Shown: positions 1 to 8,337 of the stretch, one piece after another
Layout of the letters: each line of letters starts with the position of its first letter
How positions within the stretch are numbered: position 1 is the first letter of the stretch
Program-made: the position numbers and the translations under genes
The notes under the pieces: generated by a model
The model's database searches: none
What the model was told of the DNA's origin: nothing
What the model saw: the letters and a program-made list of their open reading frames with translations, nothing else
NCBI GenBank assembly: GCA_018823175.1
Contig: JAHJIY010000086.1
Coordinates: 9,625-73,624 of the forward strand
Length of the DNA: 64,000 bases
Direction of reading: 5' to 3'
Origin: Pseudomonadota bacterium
Lineage (GTDB): Bacteria > Desulfobacterota > Desulfobulbia > Desulfobulbales > JAHJIY01

Positions 1-210
1 CCTTGGTAATAATATGGCCTGGCTGATTAAGAAGATCAAAGCTTGATTGGTTTGTAGCACTTGCACTTTGCCGGATCCCTGCCGTCGCTCATTCCCTCGC
101 GAACAGTAGCTTGACAGATGTTGTCAACTGGTTGTACTTTCTCACATTGTTTACCGATAATTAAAGGCCGTAGTTATAGGCTAAATGACAACAATTGAGA
201 AAGAAAAGAA

Positions 211-1206
211 ATGAATGAATTTAGAGAGGTAGTGGCGGAATTTTCTCTTTTTTTCAGCCGGCTGAAAGAAGAATGTGACGCGGTTGATCGAAAATTCCAG
301 AGCATTGAATGTCGGACCGCCTTTGTTAAAGAAAAAGAAAAGCAGGGGGTTTATGGCGCGATAAGTAATTATTTTGCCAAGGTTTGGGACCTGGTTAAAG
401 ATTATCCAAATGATGATCCCTGTTTTTTGTCCTGCCGAGACCATCTTCATCAAATGATTCATCGTTATATCTGTGCCGGTGGTCTTAATAATATGGTTGT
501 TGATAAACCATTGGGTCATGCCGGCGACTATCTGACCATCTATCATTATTTTCTCGATTACTCCGGCGAGCAGACTTACGAAATATTGATCAATCAATAT
601 TCCCGGTCGATCCCCGTGGCGGTTGCCCATCGCAACCGGATTCCGTTGCTGATGAAAGAGATCGAGGCCCAGTCCCGAAACGGCGGCGATATTATGTCTA
701 TCGGTTGCGGTCCGGCCATTGAGCTTCAGCGTGCCTCGTGTGAGCCATATTTTAAGGGCTGTAATTTTACCTTGTTTGACGTGGATGAGCGGGCCCTTGA
801 TTTTGTCGAGGCTAAACTGCCGGAAAATATCTCAAATGTTGAGTCTTTTAACTCTTCGGTTCTTGGATTGTTGAAGTTGCTGGCAAGGCGAAAAGACCAG
901 GGGCGACAGCAGGATTTCATCTATTGCTGCGGACTTTATGATTACCTCGGTGATCGCCTGGCCGGGCTTTTGCTTCAGAGTTTTTACGATAACCTTAAGC
1001 CGGGCGGCAAGATCATGGTCACCAATGTCAGTTCCGATGTTGGTGATCGTGGCTATTTTGAGTTTTTTGCCGGCTGGGACCTCATTCTGCGCTCTGATCA
1101 CGATATGCTGGCCTTGGCCCGCCATTGCCCGGCGGAGGCAAAATGTCGGGTCGAGCGTGATCCTGACACCGGGGCCAATCTTTATCTTTACCTGGAAAGA
1201 CAATAG
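211..1206 (+). CDS. Class I SAM-dependent methyltransferase with uncharacterised N-terminal domain
   Basis: 331-aa ORF. Rossmann-type SAM motifs SIGCGPAIE and KPGGKIMVTN sit in the C-terminal half. Convergent with recO. Confidence 0.7.
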   Translation: MNEFREVVAEFSLFFSRLKEECDAVDRKFQSIECRTAFVKEKEKQGVYGAISNYFAKVWDLVKDYPNDDPCFLSCRDHLHQMIHRYICAGGLNNMVVDKPLGHAGDYLTIYHYFLDYSGEQTYEILINQYSRSIPVAVAHRNRIPLLMKEIEAQSRNGGDIMSIGCGPAIELQRASCEPYFKGCNFTLFDVDERALDFVEAKLPENISNVESFNSSVLGLLKLLARRKDQGRQQDFIYCCGLYDYLGDRLAGLLLQSFYDNLKPGGKIMVTNVSSDVGDRGYFEFFAGWDLILRSDHDMLALARHCPAEAKCRVERDPDTGANLYLYLERQ

Positions 1207-1215
1207 ACTGTTTTT

Positions 1216-1977
1216 TTAGAGGCTTTGGAGGAAAGGTTTCCAGGAGTGGATGTCACGATGTAACAGGGAATCGCTGTATTTTTTCAGCAGATTGATAGCT
1301 TCCAACAGGGACTGACGTGCAAATTGGAGCCGGCTGATTTTCTCCAGGGGCATATCCTGGGCTTTGTTTAATATTTTTGCGGTATTGATCGCGAGTGGAA
1401 TTGTGGTTGGTTGGTGATCTTGATTGCAGGTCTTGCAGATAATTCCGTTCCGACCCAGACTGAAGCAGTATGGACCGTGCTTGACATCTAAAACTACGCC
1501 GCATGACACACAACCGGCAAGTTGCGGCCGGTAGCCGAGTAAATCAAGAAATTTGAGCAGAAATAATACGGTGATTTCAGGGGTGTGGTCTTTGGCATTT
1601 AATTTGGCCAGGGCCCAGGTTAAAAGTCTGAATATTTCCGGATCCGGATCGTTTTCCCTGGTCCAGAAAATGACCAGTTCACAGAAGAGAGTGGCGGCGA
1701 CATACTGTTTGTAATTTTCTCGCAGAAAGACGAAGGGGTCAAGCAGTTCGGCCTGATCAACTCGCACCAGGCTTGAGTGCTTGCTCTCCGTGTATTCGAT
1801 TTCCAGCAAGGAGAAGATCTCAAGTTTGTTGACGAAACGTTTTTTACTGCGCTTGGCACCTTTGGCAATGCCAGCCATCTTGCCAACATGCGGACAGTAG
1901 AAGGTTACGATTTTGTCTGATTCACCGTGGTCCTGGACATTGATGACCACGGCCGGGGTGAGATGCAGGGGCGGCAT
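1216..1977 (-). CDS. recO: DNA repair protein RecO
   Basis: 253 aa. N-terminal OB-fold-like region (AVVINVQDHGESDKIVTFY) and a C-terminal Cys-rich zinc motif (CVSCG...CKTC), typical of RecO in size and layout. Confidence 0.85.
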   Translation of the reverse strand: MPPLHLTPAVVINVQDHGESDKIVTFYCPHVGKMAGIAKGAKRSKKRFVNKLEIFSLLEIEYTESKHSSLVRVDQAELLDPFVFLRENYKQYVAATLFCELVIFWTRENDPDPEIFRLLTWALAKLNAKDHTPEITVLFLLKFLDLLGYRPQLAGCVSCGVVLDVKHGPYCFSLGRNGIICKTCNQDHQPTTIPLAINTAKILNKAQDMPLEKISRLQFARQSLLEAINLLKKYSDSLLHRDIHSWKPFLQSL

Positions 1978-1991
1978 GATATGGGGGCAGG

Positions 1992-3326
1992 TCAGGGGAG
2001 ATCGCGCGGGATCGAGAGCCTGATGACCTTTCCCGGTTCGCCGGCCAAATCCAGCGGGGTTCCGTTCAAGAAAAGTTTAAGGCCGGCGGCGTTACCGATG
2101 TGGAGTCTTATCTGTTCCTTGGCCTTCCATTCCTTGCTGGTGCCGGCCCGATAGGTGTATTGTCTGGGCCGTTCGCCGTCAACCCGGACTCTTAACCAGG
2201 TTGGTTCGATAAAGTCAGCTTTAAGTATGTAATTAAATTCTTCCTCAATCGGGGTTGGGTTGTCGGTTTTGGTAGTTGAAGGTTCTTCGGTGCCGCTGAT
2301 CTCGGCGTCTTCTTGAATTTCTGAAATGTCAGTCTGGGGATTGTCCGGGGTGATGGCCAGGATTTGCGGTTCGTCATCAAACTCCGCGACTTGTTCCGGT
2401 TTTTCTGCCGGTTCCGGCCTTGTTTCCGCAATCGTTTCGGGCTGAAGATCGGCAATCGCCGTATCATCGTTACTGTCTGGCGTTTCTATTTCTATATTTT
2501 CCTCGGCTTCTTCTTCGGCCGCTGCCGGGATAATTTCCTGCTCGGTTGGGATTGGTGTTTTATCCTGAGCAATGATTACCGCCTTGGCTTCCGCTTGTTT
2601 GTTGGAGACTTCGGCGATCATTTCGGACTTTTCCGAGGCAAGATCCGGGGCTGTAATTTTTGTTTCGGCCTTTTCTGTTACGACCACTGGGGCAGGGCTG
2701 GAATTTTGCTGATTTGTTGCCGCCCTTTCCTGGTTTACCTCTTTTTCAACCGGGGAGAATGATGGCCTTGCCGTAATTGCTGCCGGTTCTTTAGTTTTCG
2801 TTTCGCGGACGGTCTCTTCTTCTATTTCAATGGAAGACTTGAAGATATCTTCATTGACTGCAGCCTGCTGTTTGGTCTCCAGTGAAATCTGCTGGATTGG
2901 TGCGGTCGGGAACATGATACCGAAGACGATATAGAGGAAGAATCCTACAAAGAGAAGGGCGAAGGCGGTGACTATTTTTACCCCGAAGGAGGTTTTTTCC
3001 CGGTCATCGGTATGATCGGAGGAGATTATCTCCTGATTGTATAAATTGACTTCTTTTAATGAGTTGGTGGATGTTGATACATAGTGACTTAAAATCTCTT
3101 CCTGATCTAGACCAAGGTATTCGGCGTATATTTTAATAAATCCTTTGGTGAAAACCGGGGCAGGTAGCTGGTCGTAATTGTCATTCTCTAACGCCATGAG
3201 TGAACGGAGATGAATGCAGGTGGCTGCTGCGACATCTTCAATTGATTTGTGCTGGTTTTCACGTTCCCTTTTGAAGCGGGTGCCGATGGTTTCGGATATT
3301 GATTCCTGCTCTGCGGGATTGTTCAT
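1992..3326 (-). CDS. rodZ: RodZ-like cytoskeleton protein (HTH, TM helix, acidic/Pro-rich linker, DUF4115)
   Basis: N-terminal HTH (IGTRFKRERENQHKSIEDVAAATCIHLRSLMALE), one TM helix, and a C-terminal DUF4115-like segment (WLRVRVDG...LHIGNAAGLKLFLNG). The ORF track extends to 3362, but the ATG at 3326 has an AAGGA SD 7 nt upstream. Confidence 0.7.
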   Translation of the reverse strand: MNNPAEQESISETIGTRFKRERENQHKSIEDVAAATCIHLRSLMALENDNYDQLPAPVFTKGFIKIYAEYLGLDQEEILSHYVSTSTNSLKEVNLYNQEIISSDHTDDREKTSFGVKIVTAFALLFVGFFLYIVFGIMFPTAPIQQISLETKQQAAVNEDIFKSSIEIEEETVRETKTKEPAAITARPSFSPVEKEVNQERAATNQQNSSPAPVVVTEKAETKITAPDLASEKSEMIAEVSNKQAEAKAVIIAQDKTPIPTEQEIIPAAAEEEAEENIEIETPDSNDDTAIADLQPETIAETRPEPAEKPEQVAEFDDEPQILAITPDNPQTDISEIQEDAEISGTEEPSTTKTDNPTPIEEEFNYILKADFIEPTWLRVRVDGERPRQYTYRAGTSKEWKAKEQIRLHIGNAAGLKLFLNGTPLDLAGEPGKVIRLSIPRDLP

Positions 3327-3620
3327 TTCAATTCCTTGCTTGGTGCCTGTTCTTGGAGTCATCGGTCATTGTAGTTTGCCGGACTTAAGTTGACAGGTAA
3401 TGGTCGGGTCCGGCATTTTTGTAAAATAATATTATACCCTGAGGGTATCGGACCATCTACAGTTATAATTGTCGGTTTCAAAAAAAACTATCAAACTTGG
3501 ATGAAAGTGTCAGGTAACGAGTAAATATTAACGATTTTTCACTGCGGCTATTCGTCCTTTTTCATTATGGTTTGTCCAATTAACCGATTTTGCCTGTTTA
3601 TAAAGCCATCTGATCTGCGA

Positions 3621-4655
3621 TTACAGTAAATCCTCAATATCGGCTTGTTCCCTCAACTCTTTCAGCCATTGTGTATATTGGCGGCCTGTTTCCTGTTGAT
3701 AAATGATCCCCTTGATTTCCTCCTGCAGCTTTTCGAAAGGGGCCAGGCTGATCTGATCACCCGATTTGGTCGATAATAGCATGAAAAATTGAAAACCGGC
3801 CGGGGTTTCGATAATTTCGCTAAGCTCACCGGGCTGGATCTTAATAATGGCGTCCCGCATTTCCCTGGCCATTTCAGATTGTTTCAAAATGCCGATGTCG
3901 CCGCCATATACGGCAGATGGCAGGTCGGAGAATGATTCGGCCAACTGTCTGAAATTTTGTCCTTCCAGGACCATTTTGCGGATTTGGCCCGCGCGGTTTT
4001 CCGCCTCTTCCCTGGTTTTGGAGCTGGAGCGTTCGGTTCCCCAGGACAGGCCGATCTGGAGAATATGGTAGCCGTCCGCCGCATCTTTTTTCACATATTG
4101 TTCATTGTAGTAGGCCAGGGCTTCTTCTTCCGAGATAACTATCTTGGAGCGGATCTCATAATTGACCAGTTTGGAAACCAGCATTTTGTTCATGAGTGAT
4201 TCCCGGTAGTCTGCTTCATTCATTCCCGATCGGCTCAGCTCCTGGCGGAACTCTTCGATACTTTTTTTGTTCTCAGCCAGTATGTTTTCAATGTTCGCGT
4301 CAATTTCACTGTCGCTGATCGCGATCTCAAGCTTTTTAGCTTTCTGATTGATTAAAGCCAGATCGATTAGAGTAGCCAGGGTTTCCATTTCTGACTGTTT
4401 GGGTGGTGTTTTCCTTTGCAGCTCGGAAAGGGTGATGACCTGATCGTTTACGATCGCGACTATCCGGTCAACTACTTCCGCCGGAGTTAAGGAAGGATAA
4501 CAGAACATAATGGTTAAAAAAATTAAAATCAGGCGATTAATAAATTTTGAATTTAAAGACATAGTTTTTATTACATGAGAAGCGAAACGCACTCCAGGAG
4601 CATTTTTCTTCGGGACACATTTCCCGCGGCTTGAAGTCTTGCGCTTCATTGCCAT
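3621..4655 (-). CDS. SurA-like periplasmic peptidyl-prolyl cis-trans isomerase (PpiC/parvulin type)
   Basis: SurA N-domain-like region followed by a parvulin domain (YHILQIGL...GGDIGIL...PGELSEIIETPAGFQFF). The signal peptide fits better if translation starts at the internal ATG 4562 (MSLNSKFINRLILIFL...). Sits next to mfd. Confidence 0.75.
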   Translation of the reverse strand: MAMKRKTSSRGKCVPKKNAPGVRFASHVIKTMSLNSKFINRLILIFLTIMFCYPSLTPAEVVDRIVAIVNDQVITLSELQRKTPPKQSEMETLATLIDLALINQKAKKLEIAISDSEIDANIENILAENKKSIEEFRQELSRSGMNEADYRESLMNKMLVSKLVNYEIRSKIVISEEEALAYYNEQYVKKDAADGYHILQIGLSWGTERSSSKTREEAENRAGQIRKMVLEGQNFRQLAESFSDLPSAVYGGDIGILKQSEMAREMRDAIIKIQPGELSEIIETPAGFQFFMLLSTKSGDQISLAPFEKLQEEIKGIIYQQETGRQYTQWLKELREQADIEDLL

Positions 4656-4743
4656 GGGGAGTATGCCCGGAAGGGGGCATGAAGTTGCGGATCTGATTAT
4701 AATTCCACCAACAAAACGGAATCAGTATCCTGCAAAAATACTA

Positions 4744-7700
4744 CTAAGGATTAAATGAACAGTCCATTTTAGTAGCATTCTGCAGGAGTGTGCGCAAGAC
4801 ATTTTTAGTTTCCGCCAGGATAAGAGCTGGAGAATCAAGTTTACTCGGCACGACCAATTTGCTGTCCGGGGTCAATCGCCAGCGATTTCCTGGTTTGGCC
4901 AGAAGTAGCATGATTTTCTCCGGACTGACCGGGGTCCGGTCGGTAAAAGTGAAGACCAGGGTGTCAGCCCCTTGTTCCAGTTTGGATATCTTGAGCTTCT
5001 GCAGTTCTTTTTTCAGTCCGATGATCTGAAACAGATTCAAGGTTTCTTCCGGCATCGGGCCGTAACGATCCCGCATTTCATCCCGCATTTCGGCGAGATC
5101 TTCGTCGGTGGTCAGACCGGTTATCCGGCGGTAGGCCAGGTAGCGCTGGTCGGTATCGGTGATGAAGCTGTCCGGAATATAGGCGGAAAGCAGCAGGTTT
5201 ATTTCCGGGTCAACCTCGTCGCCGATAGTCTGGTCTTCGCCGGCCGCCCCTTTTCTTTTCAGGTCTTCGACGGTTTTTTGCAGGAGATCCAGATAAAGAT
5301 CATAGCCGACCGCCGCGATATTGCCGCTTTGGGATTCCCCTAAAATATTGCCGCCGCCCCTGATCTGCAGATCACTCATCGCCAGTTTGAAGCCCCCGCC
5401 TAATTCGTTGTAATCCATCAGGGCCCGCAGTCGGCGGCGCGCGTCTTTTGACAGGCCGTCCAGAGAAGGGACCAGCAGGTAGGCGTATGCCTGTTCACTG
5501 CTTCGGCCGACCCGGCCTCGCAACTGGTATATCTCAGCCAGACCAAGACGGTCAGCCCGGGGAATGATGATGGTATTGGCGTTGGGGATATCCAGGCCGG
5601 ATTCGATTATGGTGGTACAGATCAGGACATCAACTTCACGGTTGACGAAGCGGACCATGATTTCTTCGAGATCTTTGCCGGGCATCTGGCCATGGGCTAC
5701 GGCCACTCGGGCTTCCGGTCTCAAATTCTGGACCTTTCGCGCCATTTCATGGATGGAGCGGACCCGGTTGTGGACCAGAAATACCTGGCCGCCCCTTTGC
5801 AGTTCCTTGGTTATCGCCTCCTTGATCACCAGATCATCGTAGCGGGCGACAAAGGTTTTGACCGCGCGACGGTGTTGCGGCGGAGAACTGATTACTGAAA
5901 GGTCGCGGACGCCCAAAAGCGACATTTCCAGGGTGCGGGGGATCGGGGTGGCGGTCAAGGTAAGAACATCGACCCCGACCCTGAGTTTTTTCAGTTTTTC
6001 TTTATGGCTGACCCCGAACCGGTGTTCTTCATCGATGATCAGCAGGCCAAGTTTCTTGAAGGAGACATCCTTTGACAGCAGACGATGGGTGCCGATCACA
6101 ATGTCAACCGAGCCGTCGGCCAGGCCGCTGACTGTTTTGCGTTGTTCAGCCGGAGATCTGAAACGGTTCAGGCTATTTACCCGGACCGGAAATCCCTTGA
6201 AGCGCTCTTGAAAGGTTTCCAGATGTTGTTCGGCCAGGACGGTAGTCGGCACCAGGATTGCCACCTGGAAACCGTCTTCCATTACCTTGAAAGCGGCCCG
6301 GATCGCCACCTCGGTTTTGCCGTAGCCGACATCGCCGCAGACCAGGCGGTCCATGACCCGATCTGAAGTCAGGTCATCAATTACCTCTTTGATTGCCTTG
6401 CTCTGGCCGGTGGTTTCATCGTAAGGAAACGATTCCTCCAACTCATCAAACAACTCGCCGGGCGTGGAAAAGATGTTGCCTTTGGCCAGTTGGCGGCGAC
6501 CGTATAAATCCAACAATTCCTGGGCCACTTTCCAAACCGCTTCCTTGACTTTGCTTTTGGCCGAAGCCCATGATTTGCTGCCAAGTTTGTCAAGCTTCGG
6601 GGTTTTATCGGCCAAACCCTTGTATTTGCTTACGGCATTGATCCGGTCGACCGGCACATAAAGTATGTCATTGATCAGGTAATTTATCTGCATGAAATCA
6701 TTGATGATATTGTTGATCTTCATATTGACCAGACCGGCGTAGACCCCCAGGCCGTGCTCTTGGTGCACCACAATATCGTCAATCTTGAGTTCTTCAAAGC
6801 GGATGGGCTCACCGGAGGTTTTGCCGGTTACTTTCTTTCTGGCGCTGAGTCGTTTTTCGCCGAACAATTCACTTTCCGAGATAATATGCAGCTGTTCGGC
6901 CGGCAGGTCAAATCCCTGCGAAACAGGGTTGGGGCAGAGGATGACCTCGTTTTCTTTTTGTGCATGGCCAAAGGGAAGTTGTTCCGTTCTGGTCGGCAGA
7001 CTGTATTGTTTTAACAGGTCACTGAGATTTGCGGCGTGCCTGGCTGAACGACAGGCGAAGATAACCGTATCTTTTTGGGCCAGCCACTCTGAGATAAAAT
7101 CGGCCAGAGATGACAAAAGCCCGCGTTTTGCCCTTTGCAGCTCGATGGTCTGTTTCATCAGGGTGTGGTCGCCGGAGGAGATGTTTAAAATGTCTCCGGT
7201 CTCGGCCTCAGCGTCTGAATCGGGAAAGTCTTGCAACCGGACGATCTGTGATTTCGCTAATATTGTTGTTATTTCGGCGGGCGACACAAAAAGGTCAGTC
7301 TGGTCGAGGGCCGGGAAACCTAAGGCCTTTCCTTCATGGTAGTTGGCGTTAATTCTTTCCCAGGTAATTTCAATTGTCCGGTCGATCTCGATGGGGTCAA
7401 ACAAGATGATCATCGTGTCATCCGGCACGAAGTCAAGCGGGGTGGAGGTCTGGTCGTAGAATAAGGGCAGAAAAAATTCGATTCCCGGAAAGCGGCGGCG
7501 GTTGCGGATCTGTTCGGAAATGCGGGCCGCCTCTTCCTGATCCCACTCCAGCAGCCGGGAGTATTCGGTAAAGCGGGCAATGATCGCGGCCATTTCAGCT
7601 GTGTCTTCTTCCGGGAACAGGATATCGCTGGCCGGTAAAAAGACGGCCTCGCTCAGTTCGCTGACTGACCTTTGGCTGATCGGGTCAAACTGGCGGATCG

Positions 7701-8325
7701 ATTCGATGGTTTCCCCGAAAAAATCAAGTCTGACCGGCCCTGCACAGCATGAAGGCTTCTGATTACGGGTAGATTGAGTCTCTATCGCTTCATAGTCAAA
7801 GGCCGGCGGGAAGACGTCGACAATTCCCCCTCTGACGGAAAATTCACCGGCATTTTGCACCATGGACATAGATTCGTATCCTGCCTTGGCCAGGGCAAGG
7901 CAAAGCTGGTTTGGATCGGTATCTTCGCCGGTGATGACCAGTTCCGCCAGATCAGCCAGGATGTTTTTGGGAATGGTGCGCCGTAAAAGGGCGTCGGCCG
8001 GGATAATAATCAGGGACGGGGCGTCGGTGGTCAGTAATTTGTACAGGGTGGAGATCCGGGCCGCCACCGTTTGGGGATCAGGTGAAAGAGGGGTGTAGGG
8101 TGGAATGTCGTAACCCGGGAAAAAAAGAACTGGCAGTTCGCTGAAAAAAGCCAGGTCCTGTTCAAGCTGGGCCGCCTGTTGCTCATTGGGCAGAATGACC
8201 ACGACCGGTTTTTGCTGAACAACGGCGGCGCGTGCCACCAGCAGGGCAGGAGCGCTACCCCGCAGACCGGTGACGCTGATATTTTTCCAGTCCTTTTGCT
8301 GGAGGACTTTAAGTTTATCTTTCAT
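4744..8325 (-). CDS. mfd: Transcription-repair coupling factor Mfd
   Basis: 1193 aa. Superfamily-2 helicase motifs (GDVGYGKTEVA, DEEHRFG, LTATPIPRT), a CarD-like domain (HQEHGLGVY) and a TRG region. Confidence 0.95.
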   Translation of the reverse strand: MKDKLKVLQQKDWKNISVTGLRGSAPALLVARAAVVQQKPVVVILPNEQQAAQLEQDLAFFSELPVLFFPGYDIPPYTPLSPDPQTVAARISTLYKLLTTDAPSLIIIPADALLRRTIPKNILADLAELVITGEDTDPNQLCLALAKAGYESMSMVQNAGEFSVRGGIVDVFPPAFDYEAIETQSTRNQKPSCCAGPVRLDFFGETIESIRQFDPISQRSVSELSEAVFLPASDILFPEEDTAEMAAIIARFTEYSRLLEWDQEEAARISEQIRNRRRFPGIEFFLPLFYDQTSTPLDFVPDDTMIILFDPIEIDRTIEITWERINANYHEGKALGFPALDQTDLFVSPAEITTILAKSQIVRLQDFPDSDAEAETGDILNISSGDHTLMKQTIELQRAKRGLLSSLADFISEWLAQKDTVIFACRSARHAANLSDLLKQYSLPTRTEQLPFGHAQKENEVILCPNPVSQGFDLPAEQLHIISESELFGEKRLSARKKVTGKTSGEPIRFEELKIDDIVVHQEHGLGVYAGLVNMKINNIINDFMQINYLINDILYVPVDRINAVSKYKGLADKTPKLDKLGSKSWASAKSKVKEAVWKVAQELLDLYGRRQLAKGNIFSTPGELFDELEESFPYDETTGQSKAIKEVIDDLTSDRVMDRLVCGDVGYGKTEVAIRAAFKVMEDGFQVAILVPTTVLAEQHLETFQERFKGFPVRVNSLNRFRSPAEQRKTVSGLADGSVDIVIGTHRLLSKDVSFKKLGLLIIDEEHRFGVSHKEKLKKLRVGVDVLTLTATPIPRTLEMSLLGVRDLSVISSPPQHRRAVKTFVARYDDLVIKEAITKELQRGGQVFLVHNRVRSIHEMARKVQNLRPEARVAVAHGQMPGKDLEEIMVRFVNREVDVLICTTIIESGLDIPNANTIIIPRADRLGLAEIYQLRGRVGRSSEQAYAYLLVPSLDGLSKDARRRLRALMDYNELGGGFKLAMSDLQIRGGGNILGESQSGNIAAVGYDLYLDLLQKTVEDLKRKGAAGEDQTIGDEVDPEINLLLSAYIPDSFITDTDQRYLAYRRITGLTTDEDLAEMRDEMRDRYGPMPEETLNLFQIIGLKKELQKLKISKLEQGADTLVFTFTDRTPVSPEKIMLLLAKPGNRWRLTPDSKLVVPSKLDSPALILAETKNVLRTLLQNATKMDCSFNP

Positions 8326-8337
8326 TAGTAAATCGGG

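Noticed and set aside
111-127. TTGACA-gatgt-TGTCAA inverted repeat upstream of the methyltransferase gene (possible -35 box or operator).
   Set aside because: No convincing -10 hexamer sits at proper spacing, it is a single occurrence, and it lies at the window edge with unknown upstream context.
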